Notes: a model not told the origin generated them from the letters alone. Shown: positions 11,177 through 25,306, numbered from the stretch's first letter. The stretch: DNA of 64,000 nt from Octopus sinensis (GCF_006345805.1 NC_042998.1:199144001-199208000), one strand, 5' to 3'. Numbers and translations: made by a program.

Positions 11177-11370
11177 TGTATGTATGTATGTATGCATGCA
11201 TGTATGTACGTACGTACGTATGTATGTATGTATGTATGTATGTATGTATGTATGTACGTACGTACGTATGTATGTATACATACATACATGCATGTATACA
11301 TACATACATGCATGCATACATACATACATACATGCATGCATGCATGCATGTATGTATGTATGCATGTCAG
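10905..11370. repeat. (TATG)n/(CATG) microsatellite
   Basis: Direct; similar tracts at 52630-52970, 53455-53520 and 54190-54350. Confidence 0.98.
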
Positions 11371-12171
11371 TATTCTGTTTATTTCAAGATTTCTTGCCAA
11401 TAGAGAAAGAACCGGTTTCTAACTTAGATCCAAGGTTCCTTCATTGGAATTTCAACATCAATAAAAGAGTATTTTTGTATGTATGTATGTTTTGTGAAAA
11501 CCAGCTGCCCTCTGGACACCAGTATGGTTAGAAAAATAGAGAAGAAAGAATGCATTTATTGTCTATTGGTTAAGAGTTTGCAAATACCGTATCCCGGATA
11601 TACTTCCAGTTTCATACATATTATTGGAGTATCGCGATACGTACAAATCCGCCTGGAGCAAAGTATGGCTGAACATGGGTTCTTTAGGAGACAACCCAAC
11701 TTCAGCTCCTTAATTTATACGCTACAAATGATTCTGATATTATGGGATAATAAAGATGTGCAGGATATTAAAAGATAATGAAAAATCAAGATGCCTTCCT
11801 TAGCCAAATCATGTTAAATGTTAGATGTGTGTGTATTAACAAGTATTGATTAAATGCGTAGAAGAATCTTTACCTTATGATTGTCGTAGTTTTATATTAC
11901 TTTATAACAAGCATGACGTTTATGAAATTGCTTCTAAGTGCATTTACAACATTGCATTTATAAAATGACTGATATCCATATACATACATACACATACAAA
12001 CGAACACATGCACACATATATAATGCTGTGTTTTGATATTTGATATTGTGAAATCCTGGGCGAACGCTTACTTATTAACAAGTGTTTATTTTGCTGGGAA
12101 GTAAAAATTGGATAACAATTGTCCATGGTGCAGAAAAATAAATAATGCAAGTCGCTCATAAGTCACACACA

Positions 12172-12540
12172 TCATCATCATCATCATTGTTCGACCGTGG
12201 TCGAGACAATGGAATTTACCATGCTACGCCAGACTTCACGGTCCATCATGGCATTACGGAGGTCCTGTTGCTGGATGCCTGTATCCCTGGAGATTACACC
12301 AGGGTAGGAGAGTGTGCGCCCTCTGGTATTGCGAGTAGATGGCTTCCAGAGGAGAAGAGTAGAAATTACCTCTTTTTCAGCTCTACAACAATGTCCAGCA
12401 AACTGGACTCTCTTACCTTTCACAAGAGATGACATAGGTGGTAGTTTCCCATATATTTGTACTTTGGTTGGATGGCGCTTCCACGAGAGATTTTGAGCTC
12501 TCATAAGGAGGCGAGTGTAGGTTCCATCCAACCGCCTCTC
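12172..12540 (-). mobile_element. RTE(-X) LINE 3' end, 5'-truncated
   Basis: TRLLMRAQNLSWKRH...RVQFAGHCCRA...MMDREVWR; (TGA)n tail; 12-bp TSD aagtcacacaca (12160-12171 and 12541-12552). Confidence 0.85.
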
Positions 12541-12837
12541 AAGTCACACACAGGACATGAGAAATTGACCTGCGATATATTTGAAGTTTTCTAGAGATTA
12601 TTTACTAGTGTTTTATTGTTGCTGTTGCTGTCTCTTATTACTTTCCACAGTTTCAAATTTTCACAGCACAACAATCTCCGCTAATGGCAGCCAATAATGA
12701 AGAATTATAATGAGGTATTATAAAACTGGGTGACGTGATGTGCCCACCATAAAAAAGAGGTGGGCTCAGCACCATATATAACAGGACTATTATTTTAAAA
12801 CACACCAACTACATGATGATCTCGGGTTAAACTACAC

Positions 12838-13225
12838 CTATAGGAAGCACTCCGTCGTTTACGACGACGAGGGTTCCTGTTGATCCGATCAACGGAACAG
12901 CCTGCTCGTGAAATTAACGTGTAAGTGGCTGAGCACTCCACAGACACATGTACCCTTAACGTAGTTCTCGGGGATATTCAGCGTGACACAGAGAGTGACA
13001 AGGCCGGCCCTTTGAAATACAGGTACAACAGAAACAGGAAGTAAGAGTGAGAGGAAGTTGTGGTGAAAGAGTACAGCAGGGATCACCACCATCCCCTGCC
13101 GGAGCCTCGTGGAGCTTTAGGTGTTTTCGCCCAATAAACACTCACAACGCCCGGTCTGGGAATCGAAACCGCGATCCTACGACCGCGAGTCCGCTGCCCT
13201 AACCACTGGGCCATTGCGCCCCCAC
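12838..13225 (-). mobile_element. tRNA-derived SINE family A, full length
   Basis: High identity to 3031-3415; 10-bp TSD taaactacac. Confidence 0.88.
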
Positions 13226-14226
13226 TAAACTACACTTACACGCATGCACACACCGCATATGATTGTGTGTAAGTGTGTGTGTGTGTGTGTGTGTGAGAGA
13301 TACATAAAAGTGCGTGTGCTTGTAATGACTACCAGCCTATAGAATATGAGTTGTGGGAGATTTTGGCTGCTGTCTCTTGCAGTTCGGGTGACTATTTTGA
13401 GGTAGATAGAGGTTTGTTAGCATGTGTGATGTATATTATGATGTAATGAAGCGGTGTGGCTGTTTAACCATAGGTCAATCCTGTTCTAGCAGATTTATGA
13501 CCAAAGGAAATCCACCCGTGCCCATTCTATGGTTTTGTTATACACTGTGCTTATTTACTTTCAGAAGCTTGGGGTGTTATTTAAGGAATATTTGGCTGCT
13601 ATTTTTAGCTGGTTGAGTACTCCTGCACAGGCTGTCTGACGAGGCATGGTATAATGTAATGGAATGCAATGTAGTTCTAATTTGAATCTCAAATGAATGC
13701 CATTGTGTGTTTCAAGGTAGCAACTGATTTCAATATTTCTGGCATCACTCAGAGGCAGAAACTGTGTCAGATTATTGTTGTAACGAATGGCTGTGGAATG
13801 ATATGAGTTTTAATAACGATTGTCAAGACAGTCATCAACAGCATTATAGACAGATACGGCAACAAAGCTGTAGTCACCGCAACAGGGAACCACACAACGT
13901 TATAGTTGTGTCATAGCGTAACTGGAATGAGACGGGACAGCCGCAGTGAAGCTGCAAAATATTGTGGAGGCATCGTGACTTGAGTGAGGCGGCACAGCAG
14001 ACGCATTGGTCACGTCATAGGAGATCTCGATAACAAAATCACATGATCACAGCATTTTTATTGGTTGATTTCGTTCGGCAGTCATCGGCCACAATTTTCA
14101 ACTGGAAAGAATACAGAAAATATAGATATATAAATAACAGATATCTTCATAGAATTCATAGAAAGAGATGTAGTTATATACATAGGCAAACACACAACTA
14201 GGTATATCAGCAGATATGTTAATAGG

Positions 14227-14267
<41 letters not shown>

Positions 14268-16213
14268 ACACATAGACACACACACAATACACGCATACAT
14301 AATACACGCACACACGCATACATAATAGACGCACACACACATACACACACACTCACACACACAAACGCACATACACACACAAACGCACACACACGCACAC
14401 ACATACACACACTCACACGCACACACACACACATTCACGCACACATACACACACATACACACACACACACACACATACACACACACACGCACACATACAC
14501 CCACATACGCACACACACACACAGATTTTGAAGAACAGTATTGTCGACTTTCAGGTTTCCAACGGGACAATCACCAGTACACTATAAAGGTGAGCGTTGT
14601 AAAGAAACTTTATGTGCAACTCAAGTGGAACAAATACTTCAAAGTACATTCAGAGCTACACACCTGTTGGTGCAGGTAATCACCTTGGAATTCCTCACAA
14701 AGAGAGCAGAGGAAGTCCATCCCTGAACATTGGAGGATGGGATGGAGCACAGGAGTTATTTGAAGAGTAAAAGACAGGAGTTTTGTGCGGTGTTATTACC
14801 TCTAATGATTTGTCGTGAAGCATTTCAAATATTATCCGATAACAGATATATTCGATGATATGAATAATCATAAACGATAAGTTTCTTGTTTGTAAATTAG
14901 TTATAAGTTTTCAAATTGGATTTCTCAAGTGACATAAAGAAGCTGTATGTGGAGAATTTAGAGAAAACTTTTTAAGGAGGTGCACAATGCAGGGTTGGTA
15001 AAAATGGGAGTACATCATAGGGCCGAGAGAAAAGGAAGCACACTTTCAAGTTGAAAGAAGGGAAAGTATATTGTAGGGTTGACAAAGGGAGCAGATATTG
15101 TAGAACTGGCCGAAGGGCATATTGTAAGGCAGAAAGAAAGGTGAACACAAAGTAAGGCTAGCGGAAGGGGAAGGAAAATGCAGAAGTGGAGAAGAACATA
15201 TTGCAGGACTAAGAAATGCTGGAGTAGACTGTTGGGTTGAGAGAAGGGAAAGCACGATGTAAAGCTGGTAGAAGGGGCGCCCAATATATGACTGGAAGAA
15301 GGGGAAGTATAGGGTCAGAGTGACTTTGGGCGTTGAATATCTAGGCACCACCCTTAAGTATTTTCATCAGGTTTTTCTTTTACTGATACACATCGGCAAA
15401 AGATACATATATATATACATACATAATGATCGCAATACCGTCGCTTGAATGTGACTTGTCGCTGTTAAAGCAACATGAATGTGCCTCATCAATTCTGCTA
15501 GGAACCTACACTATTTTGCACGAATGTGGCGCCTCTTGTAGCAGTTATTTAGAGAGTTACGATCCACGTTGTCACATGCCTTCATTGTATCAAGAAAACT
15601 TTCATTGAGTGTTTTGCCCTTTTCGGCTCCACATAAAAAGATGTTAAAAATCCAGCGATGCCTATGTTTGAAGATATTTTAAAGTGAGAAACACGTTACG
15701 CAGGGCCAATTCCACTCTCTAAACAACATATGCATTTCCCCCCCAAATGAAGGACTAGTCTACGCCATAGAATATAAACAAAGTCGCAGGTGTTACATCA
15801 GAGTTTTCCTTCTTGAGAAAAGCCTAAACAAATATTTCACATAAAATATGGACGCCCAAAATCGCTTGTAAAACATTTAACCAATTATAAATATGCAAGG
15901 GGGTAGAGTTTGTTTTCTTCAGCAAAAAATCTAACCATTTGGATCACTAGTTGTATGTTAAAATAAGGAATTCTTATATAGTCATATGACTATGTTAAAA
16001 GAAATTGTTGAAGTGGGCTTGTGGAAACGGATAGGTTTTCTTTTTTCTTAACGAATATGTGATGCAAAAAATTGCGTAGCAGTTACGAGGGGGAAACGAA
16101 ACCATAATGCGGTTTGCTGTAATACTTTTGAACCCAGTGTGTATTGTACAATGTGTATTGTGTTTCATGATGTTTATTGACAAGGTGAAACGACGGAGTT
16201 TTGATTTTAAGTA

Positions 16214-16455
16214 TTAGCATGAAGATACCTTTACCTCAGTAACCTGAACACAACTGTGTTGTCGTAAGACTCCGCAAGACGATCCGGTAAGATCCGACTG
16301 GTTCATTTTAAAGAAAGCTCTGACGAGGACGTTTTTTAAGACGGCTCGCTTAAAATGTGTAGTCATCATGGTGTAGATTAGTGGGTTAAGGGCACTGTTG
16401 ATTGGTAGAATAAAAATTGCTAACCAAGCGTAGAGATTGTCACCGATTTGGTAAC
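16214..16455 (-). CDS. LGR type C GPCR, TM7 plus C-terminal exon
   Basis: ttctgtttccAG|GT TAC; GYQIGDNLYAWLAIFILPINSALNPLIY...KVSSC-stop (TAA at 16214-16216); phase matches the upstream donor. Confidence 0.95.
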
Positions 16456-16708
16456 CTGGAAACAGAAAGCACCAACGTTGAGAAATAACCTGGACATTAT
16501 AACAAAGAAAATTAACAATCATAATGACGATGCGTGTGTACGTGTGTGAGTGTGTATATGTATGTGTGTATGAGAGAGAGTGAGAAAGAAAGTAAGAGGT
16601 AAAAGAGAAATAGTGAAAAAGTGAGAGGGAGAGAAAGAAAGTAAGCGTGAGGGAAAGAAAGGAGAAAAGTTGTTGATAGTGTGTGTTGAGTGAAAATTTG
16701 ATAATGTA

Positions 16709-17130
16709 TGTAGCGTACCTGATATCCTCACTGTTTGAGAAACACAATAAGAATGATCTCGTTTGAGATTACAGTCGTCTTTGGCTGGTTTGACCCTGTT
16801 GTGTCCACTGATCTGATTGGTTGGCAGAGCTGAGTAGCTCTGTGGTCAGTGACTAGACCTTTAAAAGGTCTAAAGTCGAAAGACGGAGAATAGTGAAAAC
16901 AAGCGCCTTATAAAGCCTGTGGTGGGCTCAAAGAAGCAGACCTTATCCGAAGGCCGTGATTGGTTGCTTTTCACTCTGGCGCGAAATAAGTAGGGAGACA
17001 AACCGCGCTAGATGCCAACCAATCAGATCAGTGGACACAACAGGGTGAAACCAGCCAAAGATGGTTGTAATCTCAAACGAGATCATTCTTATTGTGTCTC
17101 TCAAACAGTGAGGATACCAGATACGCTACA
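16709..17130. mobile_element. MITE with TGT...ACA ends, 118-bp TIRs and a 4-bp TSD (Ginger-like)
   Basis: TIRs 16709-16826 and 17013-17130; TSD tgta on both sides. Confidence 0.75.
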
Positions 17131-17767
17131 TGTAAATGGATGTGGTGGTTTGTAGAGAGTCAGAAAATACTGAGAACGGAGTTATTTTGTGACCCCGAGG
17201 AAACTGTTTATAGGTATTCGAACAACAGTTTGGCAGTATTATAAAAGCTGGAAGCATTCAAAGATTAGCATTTGCAGCAAGTTATGTTTTCCTTCGTAAA
17301 ACAAGCATGATGTTCAAAATATTTTATTAGAAATAGAAATAGATATTCTCTATCCCACTTAATTTTTTGTTTAATTAAAAGAAGATCATATTTTTTTTAT
17401 CCATGATTACCAATAAAAATGAAGTGAAATAATCATAAATGTAGATATGCAGTCGTGGAAGGAAGAATTAGCTCTTGCTGATCGCTTTAGATTTAAAAGT
17501 AAACAAGATATTGAAATATCATACCTTATTGTCTTAAAAAGATAAGGACAGATTGCAAAAATTAGTTACTGATACACAAAAGAAAACAAAATACTCAAAG
17601 CGGGATGATTTTGATTATAAGCCAACTCGACCAGGATTGATCCATGTCTAAACATTTAAATATTTCTTTATCAACAACTGTACAGATGCAAAGAAAATAG
17701 CTGAAGGAGAAATTAAAAGAAATAAAATGAAGAAACATGGAAAAAGGAACTTTACCGATAAACTTAC

Positions 17768-18606
17768 CTGCAAGTGCCACGGTTTTCACTGTTATTATAG
17801 GAACCCAACACATAAAGTCGGTGAGGACGATCATGGAGAATCTCTTCATTATAAGATGATCATGATTTTCACGATTTGTTCGCAGGGACATGGCCGACTT
17901 ACGGATATTGCAAAACATGACGAAATAGGCATAGGAGATAAATATGAAAGCTAGCACATTTATACCGAGAAATAAGAAAGCCGAGTACTCCCAGCCTTTT
18001 ATGTACGGCTCATGGATATGCAAAGGTAGACACACAGCATTGTTTCGATAGAACTGTTCTCCGAAATAAGGTATGCCGAGAACTGGCAGTACAGCAAGAA
18101 AGAAATTAGCGAGCCACATGGAAAATATTAAAAAATATGCGGTTTTTCGTCCGCATTTGTGTAATGAAAACGGATAGACGACATTGATGTATCGATCTAA
18201 AGTAATGAGTACCACAGTAAAAACAGACATTTCTGTGCTGATGGTCGAAATTACTCCGCAGCTGTTGCAAAGCCATGAATATCTCCATTGTTGGTCGTTC
18301 GATAAATATTGCTCACGATAATACATATCCTTGGAGCCGACAGTTAGTAAATAAACGCCCATCAGCATATCAGCCAACGCCAAGTTTTGGATGTAAAACG
18401 AGTGGACTTTGTTGTCTTCGTTAATGCAGAACCGTCCGAGTAAAACCAAGCAGTTTCCCAGGACACCGACGACGCCGATCACCCATACGCTGACACGCAG
18501 CACCGGGTTTTCAATGAGATTCTTTGTACTGGATAATCCATCTCCTTTGGGATTGCACACGCGTACGTGCAAAGCGTAAATACAAGTGTAGAACACAGAA
18601 AAATGT
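17768..18606 (-). CDS. LGR type C GPCR, hinge plus TM1-TM6 exon
   Basis: ttttatttcAG|...|GTaagt; HFSVFYTCIYALHVRVCNPKGDGLSS (RXFP-type hinge), GNCLVL, NLALADMLMG, LDRY, CLPLHI, TDFMCWVP. Confidence 0.95.
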
Positions 18607-18708
18607 CTGAAAATAAAAACAAAAACAAAAATAAAAATAACAATAACATCAACAACAACAACAATAATAATAATAATGATAATAATAATAATAATAATAG
18701 TAGTAGTA

Positions 18709-18750
<42 letters not shown>

Positions 18751-18787
18751 GTAGTAGTAGTAGTAGTAATAATAATAATAATAATAG

Positions 18788-19330
18788 TACCAGGCAGTGG
18801 CTCTCATGGCTTCTGATCTTAACTGATTGGAAGTGTTATCATGTACATTGTTTTGTCTTGGTATAAAAGATGAGCTACAGCAAATATTCTGCTCAATACC
18901 ACAGATTTGCTTGTCAGTTGTTTGACCGTAACCAGTTGAGCATGTCCCTTAGTGGCTGACTATACGTGCATCTCTGACCACAAGCAGAAGTAGTGGGGGA
19001 GCATCATAGCCATGTGTTGAGAGGGATTCTTTGGGGTTTGAATAGTTCACCTCTGGAAACATGGGTGGTTCTTTCAACATCCTTAAACAACCCTTATTCA
19101 GGGTCCTTTTGAGCGGGATGGGCTACTCAACTTGAAGAAAATTCTAACTGGGCCCCACCTGCAAGGTCATGTGCTGTTTATCTTGATATGAGATCACCAT
19201 GTCGCGCACATATGGTTGTGATGCATGTGCCTGGTGTACCTTTATCAGACGGGTAGTCATGATGGGTATATTGGGCTTCGTATATTTTACCCCAGTGTCA
19301 CTTTGATGGCATGAACTGCTCCCTCACTCA
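18788..19330 (+). repeat. Second, longer copy of the (AAT)n-embedded repeat
   Basis: High identity to 5386-5860, with a 5' extension. Confidence 0.8.
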
Positions 19331-19426
19331 ATAATAATAATAATAATAATGATAATAATAAAATAAATAATAAAAATAATAATAATAAAAATAATAATAA
19401 TAATAAAAATAATAATAATAATAATA

Positions 19427-19460
<34 letters not shown>

Positions 19461-19478
19461 GTAGTAGTAGTGGTAGTA

Positions 19479-19524
<46 letters not shown>

Positions 19525-19572
19525 TGATAGTAATAAAATAAATAATAAAAATAATAATAATAAAAATAATAA

Positions 19573-19604
<32 letters not shown>

Positions 19605-19648
19605 ATAATAATAAAATAAATAATAAAAATAATAATAATAAAAATAAA

Positions 19649-19751
<103 letters not shown>

Positions 19752-20304
19752 TATAAAAATAAAAATAAAAATAACAATAATAATAATAATAATAATATTT
19801 TTTTTAGACATTCACTAGTACAACACCAAAGAAAAAAACAAATATATGGTACACGGCATAACAACATCACGAACTTCCAACCTGTTGTCTCTTGAGGTCT
19901 CTTGGTGAGACTTGGAGCCAACTTGTACAAATATAAAGCAAAATTCAAACGTAGAATAATAATAATAAATGGTCCCCCACTTATTATAGCCCTGTGTTGA
20001 AAGGAATTATTAGAGGTTTGGATAATTCACCTTTGGAAACATGGGTGTTTCGTTCAACATCCTTAAACAACCCTTATTCAGGGACCTTTTGAGCGGGATG
20101 GGTTACTCGACCAGAAGAAAATTCTAACTGGGCCCCACCTGCGAGGAGATCAACATGTCGCGCACATATGGTTGTGATGCATGTGCCTAGTGTACCCTTA
20201 TCAGACGGGTAGTGATGAAGGGTATACTGGGCTTCGTATATTTTACCCCAGTGTCACTTTGATGGCATGCACTGCTCTCTCACTCAATAATAATAATAAT
20301 AATA

Positions 20305-20567
20305 ATCTAAAAACAGAAACAATTCATATCATAGTAGGTGCATTAGGCATGATAGAAAAATATTCAGACAAATACATAACAAAAACACCAGGACTTACAA
20401 ACACATATAACATACAGAAAATTGCACTACTAGGCACTGCACACATCCTACGCAAAACACTTCCATACAATAACCATCAGAGCATCACAACAAATCACAG
20501 CACATACCTAAGGCACACAGAGCTGCGCTCGGTAGTGAAGTGAAAGCACGCTATAAAAATAAAACTA

Positions 20568-20654
<87 letters not shown>

Positions 20655-20930
20655 TGTAATAATATGAATGAACACAAGATGAAAGAAAAGTACAGGAAAG
20701 AGTATTTGAGGAGAACCTGGCTTGCGTTTCAATCGAAGTTAAATGGCCGCTATAAGATTAGGGCAATTAACACGTGGGCGGTTGCTATGATGAGATATGA
20801 CGTACGAAGTGTATCTTGGAAGAAGCATGAATTACAAGTGTTAGACCAGAAAACACGTAAATTAATGACAATGAACAAGGAACTACACCATAAGAGTGAT
20901 GTGTCAAGATTCTATGTAAAGAGGATAGTT
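20305..20930 (+). mobile_element. R4/Dong-clade LINE fragments in (AAT)n
   Basis: IIVGALGMI..IQKIALLGTAHILRK (RLE C-terminus) plus 3' UTR plus (AAT)n; then KLNGRYKIRAINTWAV (post-RT). Confidence 0.8.
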
Positions 20931-21782
20931 CTTAATTACTGGCGATATTGATGATATAACTTGTCTTTCCGTTTCATCATTCGTTACAAACATTACATAT
21001 ATGGTCACGTAGTTACTTCCTCATTTCACAGAGAATATACCATTCCGTTAATCGGCAAATGCTGGCTGCAATTCCTCTTTAAAACGGCACGAGGAAGGCC
21101 CCAAAATGCGATCAGTTATTTACTTTGTATTTTGCTATTCGTCAAGGGACTGCGTTATAAATCCATTTCTCGTTGTCACGAAAATTTGCTTGGCTGATTC
21201 GTATCAATGATCCGTTAATTCGATGAGATATAACAAAACAAAAAGAAGGCTTTCTTTGTTTTATAATTCGATATCTCTAATTAGTCTTTTGCTTGAGGGA
21301 AAGCGCGTGCGTGCTGATTATAGCTGCCCGGCTAAGAAAACTCACGTGTGTACTTTATAATTGCTGTTGAATATATCGTTTTTGTAATATCTACTTCAGT
21401 GCAGATGTTTTCGGCCATTAAATTATTGTTTTGGTGTTGAAAACGCCTACATTTTCTCGTATGGTTTCCTTCGTCTTGACGGTTTTCTGTACTCTTAGAA
21501 ACATTTGAAGTTTTTGGGAGACGTTAACTCTTCGTCGACTCGTAGGAAGTTCTTATTAAGTTGAATGTAAGCACAAAAACTAATGTTTTAAAAAATCTTT
21601 CTTTTTCTCTTCTTATACAGGGAAAGATATCTAGAGACGTTCCAGAAGGATTTTTTGCAAGAGGTATTCAAAACGAAATATTCTTTTCTTTTCAGAAATG
21701 CTTGAAAAAACAACAAATTTTACAGAGCAACAAATTGGTACCTCTTTTCGCCTCGTATGCACATAATAATAATAATAATAAC

Positions 21783-21828
<46 letters not shown>

Positions 21829-21863
21829 GTGATAATAATAATAATAATATTAATGATGATGAC

Positions 21864-21910
<47 letters not shown>

Positions 21911-21981
21911 CGACGACGACGACGATGATGATGATGATGATAATGATGATGATGATAATGATAATGATAATGATAATGATG

Positions 21982-22034
<53 letters not shown>

Positions 22035-22041
<7 letters not shown>

Positions 22042-23045
22042 TGGGGTATGATCTGGGAAGTGGTAACGGAAAACTGAACCACTTGCTATTCATGGACGAC
22101 TTGAAGTTGTTCACTAAAAGTGAAGCAGAACTGGACAGCCGAGTCCAGTCTGTGTCGATTTTCTCAAGTAATATTAAGATGGAGTTTGGACTCTCAAAAT
22201 CTGATACGATGGTGATGAGACGAGGAAAGCTTGTCAGGAAAGAAGGCATATGTATGCCAAGTGGTGAAATGGTAAAGGCAATTGAACCTCAATCTCTCTC
22301 TATATAAACGGCAGTTTGTCTGTGAGTGTTTCTGTGTGTCTGTTAGGTTGTACCCTCACCCTGACCACGGCTTTCAACAGATTCTGATGAAACTTGACAC
22401 ACACATAGCCCAATGTCATAATTCAAAACTAACGCAGCGAAAATTTTGAAAAGTTCCCCCAGTTCTGAAAAAAATCGATAAATTCGACATGGGGTCGAGA
22501 ATCAGAAACACAAACCACAGACTGTCTAGGGGACGCAACTCGACCTTTTTTAACTCTCAAAAAAAAATTTACCATCATTTTTTTTCCATTTTTTTGCTAT
22601 TTTTTGGCTATAACTCTCTAAAAATGCTTTATAGTTATTTCCGTTACAAACCTGTGCAACGCCGGGCGATACTGCTAGTCCAGTTATAAATGCCTGGGAT
22701 ACTTGAGGGACATGGAATTAAACACTACGATATGAAATAAAAGACGGAGTCCCTGCGGTGAGTAAGAAAAAATATTGGCTTCAAAGCTGAATGTTAGAAA
22801 CAAAATTTCGGCAATAAACTCGCGCGCAGTCGCCGTAGTTCAGTATGGCGCTGGAATCCTGAAATGGAGAGAGGATGAGGAGCTAAAAGAGTAGGACAGA
22901 AAGAAAAGAAAGCTCCATCATTCACGTGCAGACACTGGTCGCCTATATATGAAGAGAGCAAATGGAGGAAGGCGACTGATAAGTGTGGAAGGCTGCGTAC
23001 GTATCGAATCCGTGAGCTTAATGAGATACGTATCTCAAAGTAAGG
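22035..23045 (+). mobile_element. R4/Dong-clade LINE RT fragment interrupted by a Helitron
   Basis: LNHLLFMDDLKLF; rejoined frame IEPQ|SSYKCLGY; RLYMKRANGGRRLISV. Confidence 0.85.
22293..22678 (+). mobile_element. Non-autonomous Helitron (family 1)
   Basis: A|TC...subterminal hairpin (cc..gcaacgccggg)...CTAG|T; no TSD. Confidence 0.88.
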
Positions 23046-23049
23046 AAAC

Positions 23050-24200
23050 CGTGTCTGGCTCCTTTTCCTCTTATTTCATACTTGTTTGGCCATCAAGCTT
23101 CTATGATGTCTATTTGCGTTATGACTTCTATTTTGTCTGCTTTTGTTCTTATCTTTCTCTTCGTGTATTTCTCCAGTTAGCGTATTTGGTATTGTGCCTT
23201 GGAGGTTGTCTTCTACATCGTGTATGTTTATAGTAGAATTATGTTTTGGCATGGTAGCATATAAGTTTCTTGTTTAGGATGATCTTGAGGTCATTTTCGC
23301 ATATGTCTTTGGACGACCGGAAGCCTAATGTCTTTGTCTAGTTTCTCTGGAATCGATTATCATTGATTTTCTTTGATTTGTATTTTTCGTTGTAGTTTTG
23401 TTTTCATAATGAATTTTTCTCCATAGCTTTTTCGTAAATAGTTTTCCCACGTTTTCGTGGATTTTTCCTCTTCTCATTTGGTGTCTTCTTTCCATAGTTG
23501 TAGTTTTTCTTGACTTTGACTATCACTTCGTTCTGAGATTTCAGCAAACATAACTGCATCAGCTGTTTTGAATTTTTCTTCATATCGTACTTTAAGTGAT
23601 TGAAGAACGAATACTTCTGGTTCCAGGCGACATAATGCTAAATTTGACCGTATTGATGTCTCTTCTAGCTTTTTACCCTTTATAAGGAGGATAAGATTTT
23701 CCATGTTTCACCAATTTTGGTAGGTGTTGGCAAAGTTATCACATTGAAGGCTTTTCCTACAGGTATGCTTGCGTTGATTTAGAAGTTTATTACAGAATTA
23801 AGGTTTCACTGGTTTTTTGTTTTACTATATCAAATTTTGTTCCTTTCTTGCAAATGTCTCTTTGAGATAGGGGTGGTTCCTTGGTAGAATCTATATCGTT
23901 GGTTCTTATCGCCGGAGTATTTTTAAGGACAGTTCTTTGCGCATGAATGTCATTCACAACATTATCTATAACGGTGAAAACTGTGCTGAGTTTTGAGATA
24001 AGTAGATTCAGTTTACTAGATATTTCTGTGAGGAATTCTTCCTCGCTTCTGGTTTCCCTCGGTTGTGAGTCAGGATGAGATTTGAAGTAAATTTGGTTGC
24101 AATTCCTAGCAGATCTAGCATCCTTGGAAGGCTTTCTCGTTTGCTATATAGTATTTTAGTATTCTTCATTGATGCTTCTAAACACTTCTCGTTAAGCAAT
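23050..24200 (-). mobile_element. Degenerate Penelope-like ORF N-terminal region
   Basis: Broken frames NKLLNQRK..CDNFANTYQNW..EETSIRSNLAL..LWKEDTK.EEEKS resemble N-termini I recall from cnidarian/molluscan PLE ORFs. Confidence 0.45.
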
Positions 24201-24424
24201 CATTGCGAAGAAAATTGAACCATCAGCTAACAGAGGATAAAATATGAAGCTGAGTCTATTTCCCACCACACTCCTTCCTAGACAATTTAGAAGTTGGAGT
24301 TTCTACGTTGTCACTTGCCATACACGAAATGACACATAGATCTCTCTCAAATCACATCAACCGCTTAAAAAAGAAAAGACACGTTAGATTACGGAATCAT
24401 TCCACTATGATACATATATATATA

Positions 24425-24731
24425 TATATATATCACGTGACCACATCACGTGACCGACCAGTCTATCAGATGTAGTTACACATCGCTGGTCACAATGCGT
24501 TCGCATTGTTTTAGCCTTCGAATGACGCACCCCCGCTGGCTAAGCGAGCAGGCCAACAGAAGAAAGAGTGGTGAAAGAGTACAGCAGGGATAACCACCAT
24601 CCCCTGCCGGAGCCTCGTGGAGCTTTTAGGTGTTTTCGGTCAATAAACACTCACAACGCCCGGTCTGGGAATCGAAACCGCGATCCTACGACCGCGAGTC
24701 CGCTGCCCTAACCACTGGGCCATTGTGCCTC

Positions 24732-24733
<2 letters not shown>
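24425..24733 (-). mobile_element. SINE family A head with a different 3' tail
   Basis: Identical head through CTGCTGTACTCTTTCACCAC, then an unrelated tail ending in tcacgtga repeats. Confidence 0.7.
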
Positions 24734-24771
<38 letters not shown>

Positions 24772-24924
24772 GTGAGGGTATAAAAGATATTGGTATCTAG
24801 GAGACCCAAAGAGTGGCAGGTAATGCTAAGTAAGTGCTAAGGACAGACCATAGTTAAACTCTTGGTTCGATCGTGATACCAGTGAGGAGTTTAATGTGGG
24901 TCATGTATTAGCCTGCATATATTA

Positions 24925-25126
24925 TATATTAGACAAGAACAGATAATAAATCAAGGGTGTAAGGAGTTTTCAGGACGTTTATTAGGAAAGAGAGAGAGAG
25001 TCTTACAACTGTTTTTGGGATATTATGGATATCCCAGAAACAGGTGTAAGACTATATCTCTTTCCTTTATAAAGTCCTGTAAACTCCTCACAGTCTTGGC
25101 TTTGTTATCTGTTCTTGTCTAATATA
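24925..25126. repeat. Fold-back of an HHR 3' half plus pLTR tail, in (TA)n
   Basis: ~99-bp imperfect arms centred on gggatat-tatgg-atatccc. Confidence 0.75.
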
Positions 25127-25151
25127 TATATATATATATATATACACATAC

Positions 25152-25306
<155 letters not shown>

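Noticed and set aside
14610-14740. PHD-like Cys/His spacing on the minus strand
   Set aside because: Spacing is irregular, a stop follows immediately, and there is no supporting ORF.
21621-21665. Plus-strand exon-like GKISRDVPEGFFAR with AG/GT
   Set aside because: Isolated, antisense to the GPCR, and no in-frame neighbours.
22384-22395. CTGATGAAAC inside the Helitron copies (also ~39520)
   Set aside because: No stem II between the boxes; a chance match within the Helitron.
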